NCBI GenBank assembly: GCA_018398765.1
Contig: JAHBMJ010000378.1
Location: 1-49,372, forward strand
Source of the DNA: Chromera velia
Taxonomy: Eukaryota
Reading direction: 5' to 3'
DNA length: 49,372 bases
The translations under genes and the position numbers were made by a program. Positions 34,422 through 47,115 of this stretch are shown here, piece by piece (the stretch's first letter is position 1; each line of letters begins with the position of its first letter). The notes beneath the pieces were generated by a model. It saw nothing but the letters and a program-made list of their open reading frames with translations. It was not told where the DNA came from and did no database searches.

Positions 34422-35482
34422 TCGATGAGGAAGGAACTTCAAGGTGTTGTGTGCATAAAGTCAATTTAAAGTCCGTTTGCGTCTGCCCCCCCGCATTTGT
34501 GTGTTCGTTGTCTTTGTTTTTTTTCTCTTCTCCGGTTCGTGCCTGTGTCTTAATTTTTGAGGTGAAAGGAGTAGTCTTCGGTCTACTTCCTTCCACCGAA
34601 AGAGTAGGCAGGTCTGAGTGGGGCACTAGAGGGATTGAAAGATTCTGAAGGAAGCTAGAACGAACGCAACGCACCTGAAAAGAGATTCAGATGTTAGAGC
34701 AAAAGATGGGAAGAGGGAGGGAAGGTGGGAGGGAAGCTTCGGTTTTTGGAATTGGGACACTGGAGTGGACTGGACAGTGTTGAGGAAGGGTGTGATCGAG
34801 AGAACATCGAGAGAGAGAGAGAATTAAGAATCGTGGCATGCTTCATTGCAAGTAAAGTGAGTGACTGGGGGGGGAATCGGGTTAGTTCAGTGTGGGAACA
34901 GGGGGGGCGACTGCGCAAACAAAAGATCAAGTGCTGGTAGAGAAACGCGTTGCGTAATTCGATTGAATTTGACGGGGGGGTAGTTGGGAAAGACAAACTC
35001 GGCCGGGGGCGTGCATGAGAGAAGCAATCGACTGGAATGAATGGATGAATGAATGAATAAATGAATGAATGGATGCATGGGCTTGCATGTGATTGGGTTG
35101 ACCTGCTGGTAGTCACATGAGGGAGTGATAAGTGAATGGGTCCGCGCATTTTTTCTAGTTCTTTCCAATTCATGGTGTGGCAATCTCCGCATGGGACTGT
35201 TTGCCTTCGTCTGAGGCTGCATGGACTTGAAAGCTGTGGTCTGGACAGATTGATGCGTTTTCTTTGTGCTGCACGTGTCTCTTCATTTGTGTGTCTCTAA
35301 TTGTACAAATCAGAAGTCCCCCTTCCTTTTTGGAGTTGTGACTCGATTGTTTTATCACCATGATTTTCTCCCTTGGGAATCTTTGTGTCTTTTTCTTTGT
35401 CTGTCGGGGTGATCGAGTCTTTGCACTTGCGTGAGTGCGAGCGTCCAAACAAGAGCGAGGGAGCGTATGACACCTAGTTGTG

Positions 35483-35488
<6 letters not shown>

Positions 35489-35539
<51 letters not shown>

Positions 35540-35545
35540 AGAGCG
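35489..35545 (+). repeat. (GT)n(GA)n compound microsatellite
   Basis: Directly visible. Confidence 0.9.
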
Positions 35546-37123
35546 AAAAGGAGAGAGAGAGTGTGGGTGAGTGAGTGAGTGACTAACAGTGCAAGAATGT
35601 GCAGGGATGCATCTCTCCGTACTTAACGATTTGAGAGACGTAACATCTGCGTGAGCCTTGAACTCAGCCTTCTGCTTCTCACTCAGGAGGCAGGTTTATT
35701 AACAAAAGCGTGTTTCATTGCTAAAATCTACTATAAAATTCAATTTCATGATCGTGAACGTTTTGCCATTCAAAAACGAAAAAAGAATTTCTATCACTCT
35801 TGCTATCATTTTTCTATTAAATTTCTAATTTCTTAATTTTCTTTTTCTATCAATCACTAATATGCATTTGTTGCAGACAATGAAAACTTTAACCTAAACT
35901 CTAACAATCTTTTTATTCTGAAAATTAAAAAAAAATCTAGAAAAAAATACAATTTCATTCAAATTTTTTATATTTCAAGTTGATTGATTGATTGATTGAT
36001 TGATATCTTCCGCCCTAGGGCCTTCCCGCAAATTAAGAACGTAAGTGAGTTTTAATCAAAAAAATTTGGGAGGGAAACGCATTTTATATCCGTTACTAGA
36101 GCAAAAATTAAAAATGAAGAGACGTACGTCTTGTTACAACTTCATGGCCCTCGTGTGGGCATTCCCTCATGCAGACAGTCAGCCTTCAGACGGTCTATGT
36201 TCGTGCACCTCTCCTGGAGGAGTGATAGTCTTAGTTCGTTGCATCTGACTCCATATTCACCCATCGCTTTGTTCCTTTGTATGAAATTCTATATATATCT
36301 GCACGCGACTGTATTCCATGCATGTAATTAATTGCCTGCCTGATTAATTACTTCCAGAATAATTCGTACGCCACACCGCGAATGCGCTCTGCATACGCGC
36401 GGCCACATACGGACTGTGATGGCCCATCCGCGTCCATCACCATCAAAGTCACAAGCTCATTTAGAATTTCACTACTAGCACGTCCGCCTCACTCTTGACC
36501 TTCCTTCCGTCTACGCAACAGTGCAACACTCTTGGCTACATCGCAACACGTACGCTAAGTTCTATTCAATCGATCACTCTTTTATGGTTCTGAATCAGTC
36601 GTCCATGAGGATAAGTGCACTGCTGAATCCACCCATCTCCTCCCCTTCGCCTGCATGGCCTCGTGTGCCCTGATACACGCAAAATTGAATTTGAAATTGG
36701 AAATATAATATTTTTATTGTATTTTACTTACTTATTTAATTGTGCTTTAGGCTAGAGGCGTTGCAAATTACATGGGGGCTCTGAATGCACGCGGGACGGT
36801 ATAAGCCTTTTCTAGGCAGTGGACCACGGGGGGCATCCGAAACATTATTATTTCAAACATAAATCCTATCCCATCCTACTGCCTGTTATTACCTCGCGCA
36901 TTCTGTATCGCTCGGCGTGCGTGGCTGATTCTTTTCTGCCACTGCCAAATTTCTGGTCCCCGACAAGTTGAATCTTAGTTTGAATCACTAGGACGATTAT
37001 TAATTATTACAATATCAGAGCGTATGATTCTTTTCCCTCTTACCTTAGAAATACTGTAAGCTCGGTTTCTCTCTGTCCCTCCCTCCTTCCTTCTCGGTCA
37101 GCCAGCCAGACAGGCAGACGCAC

Positions 37124-37155
<32 letters not shown>

Positions 37156-38559
37156 GCAGGCGCACACAGACAGACTATATGTTTCTTCTTCTTTCTCTTT
37201 TTCTTCGTGAACACAACAGACAAAAAGAAAGAAAGAACAAAGACAAAAGAACAGCACCAACAATCAAACAACGTGGGCACAGACGGACAGACGGACAGAC
37301 GGACAGACAGACAGCGACGGACAGGCAGGCGGCAAGCAAACACGCACCCGCAAACGTAACTTGTATCAAATTTGCTTAGATTCCAGCTGCAAGACTTGCC
37401 TGCTTCTTCCTCTCTACCTTAACCATTTTCTCTCCTTCGGTCTGCATCAACCTGCATGTTTCTCTCTCTTCCTTTTTTCTCCTTCGATTCAACCCGCCCG
37501 TCTCCTTTTCAGAATCTCTGCTTCGTGCGGCAGTGTGGTTCCTTTCGTGTTGTTCGACCGCATTTCTTTCATCCCCACTTCTCTTTCCTTCCGTACGCAT
37601 CCACCCGCCCCTCGTTTTCTACGTTTGCCTCTGCTTTGATCCGTCTCTGTGTCTCTCTTAAGGAAGTTTGCTTCCACCCCTATCTTCAGCTACCTCTGCT
37701 TCAACCAATCCGTTCGTCCTATCTCTCCCTATTCCCCTCTGCCCTCCGTCTCTTCTCGTTTCAGTCTTCATGGACCAATTGTTTCTCGTTCCTTCTCTTT
37801 GACCAGACTTTCTCCTTTCCTCACAAGCCAGAGAGTCACGCAGACAGATTGACAGACAGAGAGACAGACAGATCACCGCAGAAAGGATAGAAGATGCTGC
37901 TTCAAGACCATTTGCAAAACTAAGAGGCCGCGCACCACTGGCATAGTGCAGCAAGCGGGTGCCTGCGTGGGGCGAGAGGCCCGGAGAGGGGACGTTTAGA
38001 GGGTAGGAATTGAAGGGGCGGCACCCGCCGCAGCGGCAACTCGCCGGCAAACAGCGACGCGGAGGGGGAACCCAGGGAACGGCGCAGGTGGGGCTGGCAA
38101 GCAGGCAAGAAGGGCTAGCTAAGCCTCAGTTAATCAGATGATAATGTTGAGCTTCCATTACAAAGCAAACATATTACTGAACGATGAACATAACCTCACT
38201 GCGGCCGGTTACAGAATTTTAATACCATTTTATGAATACAGATTTTTTCTGTTATTTGTTGACCCGAAGGCCGCCATTAAACATTTTGATATGCAGAATT
38301 TTGATATTATTTTGTGATACCACATAGTATGTATGTATGATTTTTTTTTTAATTTGTTGACCGGAAAACTCGGTTTAAAGCTGCCATTAAACGTCACAAT
38401 AAACCTAGTTTTATAACCTAAAATACTAGAAAAAATTATTCTATCCTTATTCTCTAACATGTCCGACATGTATCAGCACTTTCTAGCAGTCCGACTTATT
38501 TACTTAATTAATTGTGGGTCAATTTGTGACTAGTTATTATTAGTTGATTCCAATCATTA

Positions 38560-38652
38560 CCCCCTCTAGGTCATAGCTTACCTAGAAGGAGCTAGAGATG
38601 ATAAATAGATAAACGGACAGACAGACTCAACTTTACATTTTATAGGAAAGAA
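38560..38652 (+). mobile_element. Possible 3' end of a non-autonomous Helitron/HINE-like element
   Basis: 7-bp hairpin TCTAGGT/ACCTAGA, then GACAGACAGAC, then CTTTACATTTTATAGGAAAGA; layout recalls DINE-1/Lep1-type ends. No second copy in the window. Confidence 0.25.
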
Positions 38653-38981
38653 ATATCGGTTCGAACGTAAAGCAAAGCTCCGACAAGCTCAGAAGCTCTG
38701 ATAGCTTCACGATCTGACTCAGACTGACTGATTAAAACGACTAAAATTTTAAAGAGACTGCATATGAAAACCATGGCCCCGGTTTTGTATGCATAAGGCA
38801 TGCCATGGCCCGGCGCGTCCTGCTGGTGCGATGCAGGCGGGATCGAAGCGGCACAGCATGTACCTAGCTACGGAACGCGACGCGGTTCATACATGAAATA
38901 AACTTTATTATTAAGTTTCATAAACAATATTTATTGTGGAGATTAGGATTAATGTGTGGAGGAATATGGAGGATTGGCTTT

Positions 38982-39702
38982 TGTTAAGGGCTACTGGAAG
39001 CCCTCAGAACAGACAAAGGGAAGTGGTGCAAGGTTGACTCCAGTTAGTCTTCAAAATAGTCTTAAGTGTCCAAACTCCAAAGAGTCAAAGGTCAGGTTCA
39101 AGAAAGTTCAATCTATGGCGCAAAGGTTGATCGCTTATCAATCGATTTCACGTTAATATCGAGTGCAGATCTTCGCGTTTTTGTTCAAGTTTGGAAGTTG
39201 GCTTCAGAGAGGCAATTTTGATGGTGTCGGACCTCCCGAGATGACCGACGACCTCAGAGGTCCTCTCGGCGAAATCTAGATTTTGATTTTTCTTGCGTGA
39301 TCTGATTTTGCACATGCGACAGTCCAGCAAGACTGAGCGATTATTCGATCTCAGAGCCGAATAATCGCCGCGCTTAAATTCGAATTCAAACCGCGCGGGA
39401 TTCGACCAGGTAGAATTTTCAGCTTCGGCCGGGTGGTTTCAGGTACTTCGAATTCAGACCGCGCACTATTGGGTTTTCGGTCTGACGGTTATTCGAATTC
39501 AGACCGCACACTATTCGACGTCTCGATTTCTGACCGCGCTTCTTTCTTTATCTTCGGTTTCAGACCGGGTTTTATTCGGTTCCATCGATTTTAGACCGCG
39601 CTTTACTCGGATGCACGTATTTTGGAATTCTGCCGGTGCTGGGACTCGAACCCGGGACCTCTTGGTCCCAGCCTCTCGTCCTAACCACTAGGCCATGGAG
39701 GC
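38982..39702 (-). mobile_element. tRNA-headed SINE-like interspersed element, copy 2
   Basis: Reverse complement aligns with 1-719. tRNA-like head at 39702-39631: GCCTCCATGGCCTAGTGGTTAGGAC...GGTTCGAGTCCCAGCACCGGCA. Confidence 0.8.
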
Positions 39703-40934
39703 TAAGTCCTGACTTAAAGATCGTCTTTGCCTGGTTTTCGTCTTTTCTCATCATTTATCTTTCTTTTCAGTCAGTTCGTGTTGTTTATTTACGTTTATTT
39801 GTCTTTCTAAAGTACACTTAAAAAGTCCAAATTCTTTACGTCTTTCTTATCATTTTGTAAGATTTTTCTCTATTTTCGATTTTTTTTTTCTAATACTTTT
39901 GACGTTACTTTACGTTACTTTCTAATGCTTTTTTTATCATTTTTCTTTCTTTAATCCTTTTCTTTAAACTTCATTTTCTTATATATCTAGACTAGCACAT
40001 AGCATGCATCTCCCTTTTAAGTTTGGGGTTCCACGCCCAAATTACCAGCACATAGCATGCGTCTGTCTTTTTCCTAATTGAAGAAACTTATGAAGATCTT
40101 TAAATCTTAATGCAAAAAAAAACTAATGAAGTAAACTTGTAATTGCTTCACATGATTTGCTTGGAATGGTGCTTTTTATTCATCTAAAGCCTCTAATCAT
40201 AATGACCTACTGACTAAGTCGAAGACTCTCGGAACGGACACACGATGTCAGTCAAACAGCCCATCAATAACCCCCATCGAGGATCGCAAGATATCGCAAG
40301 ACTTCCGGGCCCGGGTGAAAAAACGGAACGGAGGATGAACGGAGATGAAACGAGATCATAAGTCACTTATAGTGACTTACTGAATCCAGCAACAACAAGG
40401 CCATCACTCAATAATTCTCGCACTTGGTCAGATAGTGCATACGTATTTCTTCATGCAATGGTCAGACACCCCGATTCTGACACATACAGGAGGACTGATG
40501 CAGGGTTCAATCGGACAAACTTGTTTGATTTCCGTCAATTCAACACTTTCGGTCTGAAAACGAACGGATAAACCGTCAAACGACATATGCCTCTCTGATC
40601 GCCCTTCATTTGCCAGACAATTGTTTATTGCTTTTCGGAAGAGAGAGAACTGAACACTCCTCCCTACAAGTCTTTCTTAACTCCCCTCCCGACACTTATG
40701 TCGTAATGACGCGCGCCTTTTTTTCTTTTATCTTTTTTTTCTCAAAAAAAATTGGCCTTCTTCTAGTAAGGAGATGCGTGCATGGCCCACTACCCGCGCA
40801 AGCCGGGTTTGATATGATCGATTGGGGAAAGGAAAAGAAAAACTTTTGAAAAGAGATGTTCTGCCTTCATCTGCCTTCCTCCCTTTCAGCTCTCTCCATC
40901 CTCCTGTCTTCTTCCCCCGTCCTCAGTGCTCATC

Positions 40935-42183
40935 TCAAGCCTTGTCCGTGTGAGGAGTGTCCTGCTCTTTGTTCAGGCCAATGGAGGTCGAGATCGTGGT
41001 TGGTTTCAGAGACCCCTTCACTGTGTGCTTGTGGGTGGTAGTGATCGTAGTGGAGGCGGCCACCGAGGAGACCTTCGCCTTTGCGGCGACCTTGGGCGCG
41101 GCCTTGGGCACAGGCACGAAGTCCGACATGTCGGTCTGGCGATCGACGATGGTCGAATCAGTCAGCGACTGCATGCATGTAAGGACAGGTGACCGCAGGG
41201 AGGGGAGAGCACAAGGGCGGAGACGGGAGGACACAAGTTGAAGGGTATGATTGAAATGAATCAACTTTGTGGTTTAGTTCGTCTGTAGAGCAGAGTCTTT
41301 CCACAGAGTCATGGACTTACAGAGAGGTCTCTTTTGATCTTTTTGTCCATCTCTGTCTCTTCGTGTTTTTGGGAAAGACTTTTTGGGGAGAAGGGTTGAT
41401 CTTCAACCATCTTCTTCGGCATCATGGTGTTTTTCAGACGTAGGCTTTGGAAGTCAGGAGGTGTCTGCTTATCTTCTAAGACTGTTGAAGTTTGACTGCA
41501 GATTGGTAGAGAGGCTTAAATCAAAATGCTCTTTCTGTGGGATCTAGAGAGCGCAAGTCTTTGGGATGAGAAGCGACGTTGTGCAAAATGTCCGAGGTGA
41601 GCGGAGGTGAGCTTTCTCGTTGAGCGCCTGTTCATTTGCTGTCTCTGCGAGGCCCCGCACACGGCTCCGTATCAACTCGGAGGGAGACGAAGAGGAGGGA
41701 CATTCTTTGAATTGGCGATTATAGGCTTAAGCCGGAAGAAAGACAGCCCCATGCACACGAACAGAAAATAGTAAATAGGGGAACAGAAACGGGAGGTTGC
41801 AGTGGTCTCTTGCTGGGAAAGCTGAGGCGAAGGGGATAGGTCTTCAGTTAGGTGCATGAAGACTTGTATTGCGGAAGGGAGGCAAGGCATCGTTGCTGTG
41901 GCCCTTCTTTCTTTGCAGCCGTTCTTTTCTTCTTGATCGATTTCGCAACGCTTTCACTCTTTGCAGCCTTGTTGTGTTCATCGATCGCAGCGCTTTTCCC
42001 TCCCAGCCATTTCTCCTCCCTCCTCGATCCCTCTCTCAGAGACTCTTGGGGCGTAGCCTCCGAGAGGCCCGTGTGGAGGGAGGGCTCTGCTGCCGTGCTC
42101 TGAGTCTTGGGGGCGTGGGTCAGAGCAGGGTTCCCGATTGCTGTCCGCGGAGGGGAACTGAACGGTGAACCTTCCGCTTCCAT
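40935..42183 (-). pseudogene. Decayed multi-exon gene relic, unknown product
   Basis: Protein-like segments MEAEGSPFSS...KKEGPQQRCL and DSTIVDRQTDMSDFVPVPKAAPKVAAKAK; GTAAGT donor near 41320 and CAG acceptor near 41169; in-frame stops. Confidence 0.35.
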
Positions 42184-44647
42184 CCTTTTTTGTCTTTCTC
42201 TCTTTCTCTCTCTCTCTTTACCACGCTACATCCGTTCCGTGCATGAGTATGCACGTGACCATCTCAAAGTGACTGGCTGACCTTGGTGTCACACGTGCGC
42301 ATTGAACAACAACGAAGAGCTATATATGCGGACCACTATATGCATGAGATCATCATAGGCGGCTCTTCAATTGCTCCGAATACATGGTTTAGAGCGCGGA
42401 GGGCCGCTTGGGACTCCAAGGCAGGCCGTGTTGGTTCGGTCACAATAGTTTGTTTGGACAGTGGAATCAGCCGACTGAGTCGCCACCGAGCGAATGCCAG
42501 CGGCCTTGTTCGAGACCGTCTTGATTAGTTCTCTGAACCGTTTCAAGATCGCATCGAGCGATTTCCCCTCAAAAAGATCTCTATACGCGTTGTCACGCCT
42601 TTGGAAGTGGAAGTAGTGACAGAGGCTTTCTGGATGAGGATACGACGGAAGAGTTCCGACGTGTTCATCTGGTAGGTCCTATACCGGTATATCAGGAGCC
42701 GTCACTGTTCCCTCACCATATCCACGAGGATGGCCCAGTAGCCTTCCTCCTGCTCATACTGTAGTTGACCTTCGGAACCGGCCCACTCCCTCCAACGCAT
42801 GAAATCCACTCGCAGTCGATCATCTTCCTCCCCTCCCGTTTTCGTCTTGATGATCAAAATACGACTGTCATTACGTCCGACTTGCCGGGGCCGGGGGTCC
42901 ACAGGAGTGTCTGCTCCCCCTATACAGGGAGGGCAGAAGAGCTCTCCTTCCTCCATCACCCCTTCTTCCACAGTATCTGCCGGTGCAGTCATTCCCGTGT
43001 ACTGATGGCGGAAGACAGGCACATCCGTAAATCTTCCAGGGCAGGCCCTTGTGCATGCAAGGGCCCTTCCTTCCTGACCCACATGCAAACAATTAGAGTT
43101 ACCTTAGGTTGTGTGTTACTTCAGACAGCCGTGACTCAGGTCCTATCCGTCTCTGCACTGTGGTAGCAGGCGGTAGCGCTGTGTTCAGGGGAAGAAAAAG
43201 AAAACCTTGCAAACAGACAGCCTGTTGAAAAGACCAAATGAGATTGGGGCTATCTTGGAAGAACACCCCTGCATGGGTGTTTGGCGGGGTCAAAATTTAT
43301 TGAAATCACCTGGTGTGGGGGAATGGAATTTTGGGAGGCCTCACTTGCCCGTCTCGGGATTTATCCCGAGCAGACTTGTCATGTTTTCCTTTTCGGCAAC
43401 CTGACTTGGAGTCGGTTGTCAGAAAAACAGTATTTGTTCGCTTTGTCATCATTATTTCTGACCCTTCCCTCCTCTTTTTCTCGATCTCTTCCTCTTTGCT
43501 CAACAACATGAAAGTGCTAAGCTTCTTATCTATGTCTGTGAGCCCTCACTCCACTGCTTTCTCAGCTTCAGCGTGATGTGAGCTCCCCGTCTGGCTCCCT
43601 CCTGATCTCTGCATGCATACGGGGTAGGAGGGGCAGGCAGCGCCGCCGCGGCACCTTTGGTGCCGGGTCCGAAGATGTCCGCACGGATGGCGGAGCACTG
43701 ACAAAGAGGCGAGCTCATCCTGCCGTTCATCGTCTTTAGTAAGGATAATGCGAAGGGCCTCATCTATCATCGACCCCGTCTGTCAGCTCAACGATGACCA
43801 CCCCCGCCTCCACGCAGTGCGATTTCATCCTCGATCTGATCGAGGAACGACCTCGCATAGTCGTCCAGGACCTGAGCCGGATGCTCCCGATGCATGGTAG
43901 AGGAGAATCGGACCTTTGGTGCCGGGTCCGAAGGTGTCCGTACGGATGGCGGAGCACCAAACCTGAACGAACATGACCACGAGTCACCATGAACGAGTTG
44001 GGTTTCTGCACTTCCTCGCAGATGGAGCATATGACTCTGAGGTTCTTGGGGAGGAAGTGGTCAGGCAGCTTCATTGCTGCGAAGGCGACGGCTTACCAGG
44101 AAGTTCCCCGGGGTCCTACAGAATCTCAATCAGTCAGTCAGTCGTCAGTCAGTCATCCATTCATTGAAACAGGTTCATACATTTCCAGGGCAAAGAATCT
44201 GGCAAAAACCAGGAAGAAGACAAGGCACGACCAGACAGGTGCCCCTCTAAGCAGGCTTTGCAACTTGGGCAAAAGGGAATAACCGTCCTGGAAGCACCGA
44301 GCGTATCGCGCCTCGGGTCCCCACAGCTCCGAACGGCCCCGGTCTTTCACTCCGACAGCACATGCCTGCAGGCAGTCAGAGTCCATCCCCCCCCCTCCGA
44401 CTAGCCCAGAGGAGACGCCCAGCTGTGCCTGTTCTCGAACAGGTCACATGCATGGATGAAGGTACACCGAATGAGGCAGTACGGAAGCTGGACTGACTTT
44501 CTCTTTCTTTACGCATTGCCGCAAGCGATGCATTCGTTCTGGAGTTCGTTTCAGTCAGCTGTGCACATTTTGCTCGAAGTTCAAGATTCTCTCTTTCCTT
44601 TTCTTGTAGTGTACGATCTGATTCCTTTTCGAAACCGCCATTCCTTT

Positions 44648-45095
44648 CTTCGTCTCTGTCAGATCGAAAAAGAGGGACGTCTGGCAGGGAACGATCAAAT
44701 TCTTTTTCTTGCATAGGAGGTTCTTCATGCTTGTCTTTATTTTCTTGCTGGGATGGAGAAGGAAAGGTCGGGAGACAAGCTTCGTCTCTGTCAGATCGAA
44801 AAAGAGGGGCGTCTGGCAGGGAACGATCAAATTCTTTTTCTTGCATAGGAGGTTCTTCATGCTTGTCTTCCTTTTCTTGCTGGGATGGAGAAGGAAAGGT
44901 CGGGAGACAACCTTCGTCTCTGTCAGATCGAAAAAGAGGGGCGTCTGGCAGGGAACGATCAAATTCTTTTTCTTGCATAGGAGGTTCTTCATGCTTGTCT
45001 TCCTTTTCTTGCTGGGATGGAGAAGGAAAGGTCGGGAGACAACCTTCGTCTCTGTCAGATCGAAAAAGAGGGACGTCTGGCAGGGAACGATCAAA
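44648..45095 (-). repeat. 132-bp tandem repeat (3.4 units; 44-aa unit)
   Basis: CTTCGTCTCTGTCAGATCG at 44648, 44780, 44912 and 45044; minus strand reads FDRSLPDVPLFRSDRDEGCLPTFPSPSQQEKEDKHEEPPMQEKE; degenerate partial unit near 45170-45250. Confidence 0.93.
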
Positions 45096-46819
45096 CAGGA
45101 AGGCATGCGGAGAGGGCAACGGGGCGAGCCTCTCGGCGATGAACGTGTCTGCCATCGCAAAAAGGGCAATCGGGATCATTTCGTTTTTTGCACGGAAGGT
45201 GCTTCATGGTTGTGTTCCTTTTCTTGCTGGGATGAAGAAGGAAAGGATTCTTTTGGGCCGACACAAGGCCCGGAAATGAAAGGTGCAAATCACTTCTACT
45301 TACTGCAGCAACGTCAGCAGCAGGATTAGTGGCAGCCATTCTTCATGGAGGAAGAGTGCAGCGCCGTCGCAGGGCGATCATACGTTATGCATGCATCATT
45401 GCCAGGGCTCGTTCGTGCACGATCGAGAAGAAGAGGGGAAACGACGATTCAGGACTTCCCGAAAATTTTCGGCTTTCTTGCTCATCTTCAAAAAGAAACG
45501 ACGGGACAGTGACTCCAAGCTGTCCTAAGGCCTCCTTCGGAAGGCCCGCAGCGTTCGAGCTGGAGAAGGGGAAGGCGATCATTCTCACGCAGAGGAGCAG
45601 TCGGTACTCATACAGAGAGCCCACGTCGATGACGACGGCGATGAACCGGAAACAAATCACCCAGGCGTGGGTGTTGTCGTTGTCCGCCTCTTCGTTTCTC
45701 AGAGCAACGGACTTCTGCGTCCGGGGGCATCAATGCATGCAGGGGCAGGGGCGGGTGACGGGGGCCCGTAGAGCCCCCTGACGCTCTGTTCCGTTCACGC
45801 CCCCTTTTCCATTCGAGTGTTCTGCCGGTATCCTGAGATCCCCACTCAGGCGATTTGTGCTCTGGTGGCAGACCAGCACCGGCTGGCTGCTGGTTTTGAC
45901 ATTCAGGGTGTGTGGGCGGATGACCCAGGCCCCGCAGTTTTGAATGCAGAGAGTTTTGTTGACAGCCTCGTGCTCGAGACAACGTCCGAATGGTGTGAGA
46001 GGCCCTCTCTCTGTCTCACCAGCCACGTTAGCACTAGTCTCACAGACAGGGGCGCACCGGATAAACCCCTCCTGCCTGGATTGCAACACGAAAGTTGACT
46101 GACAGCATGCCAACAGTCCCGTCCTTCCGCCCTCTGGGGCAGAGCGGAGTGCAAGCAAACTTTCATATGTCTGCTGCTTCAACCCTTGCAGAAACCTCGG
46201 TGGTGGGGGATGTCCTGGGAGAAATCACAGGAAGGCCATTTCCCCTCTTGAAGGGAGAGAAGGGAAAGAGGCAGGCAGCGGGAGAAGGGGTTACGTCGAA
46301 AGCTGGATACCTTCCTATCCGTCTGTTCAATGGAAATGAAGGGCCGTTGGAGTGAGTGTTGGGTGGAGATTTGGAGAGAGGCTAAAGGGCATGAGGCGCC
46401 ACGACGTCTCCCCGTCGCCGACTCTGTTGTCTTCAGAGGCCTCCCCCAGAGCTAGGCGAGGGGGGTCGGCAGCGCAGATAGAGACGGTCATAGTCTTCAC
46501 TCGCAGAGCAAAAATGATGGCCTTGAGTTTGTCCCCTCCCCCGTTTTCGGGAAAGAGTCCGATATAGTGCCATCCTCAAGTTGCCTCTTCAGAACTTCAT
46601 CAGTCTTCATTTCTTCATTCGCTGCCTTCGCAGTGTTCTCTCTGGTGAGAGCTTCAGGCACAGTGTATTTGCAAACGTCTCGTACTCTAACGGCGACACT
46701 TTGAGAAAAACCAGAAGTTAAGAGGGGTTCGAGCAACAGTCCACCTCTTCGTTTCTCAGAGCAACAGACTTCTGCGTTCGGGGGGCGGGTGACAGGCGCC
46801 CACAGAACCTGTGCTGCGC

Positions 46820-47115
46820 CGAGAGACCCTCCATCGAAACGCCCACCCCCTCCATCTCTGCTCCCACTCCATCGGGAGGCCTTCGTCGTGGAGACACCGA
46901 GAGACCCCGAATAGGAACGCCCACCCCCTCCCTCTGTGCCTCCACTCCATCAGGGGGCCTTCCTCGTGGAGACACCGAGAGACCCCGAATAGGAACGCCC
47001 ACCCCCTCCCTCTGTGCCTCCACTCCATCAGGGGGCCTTCCTCGTGGAGACACCGAGAGACCCCGAATCGGAACGCCCACCCCCTCCCTCTGTGCCTCCA
47101 CTCCATCGGGGGGCC
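46820..47115 (-). repeat. 78-bp tandem repeat (about 3.7 units; 26-aa unit)
   Basis: GAGACACCGAGAGACCCCGAAT recurs every 78 bp; minus strand reads RPPDGVEAQREGVGVPIRGLSVSPRG. Confidence 0.92.

Noticed and set aside
39631..39702. Functional tRNA gene (also 1-71)
   Set aside because: Acceptor and anticodon stems do not pair, the putative anticodon differs between copies (CGG vs GGG), and both are fused to the same ~650-bp body.
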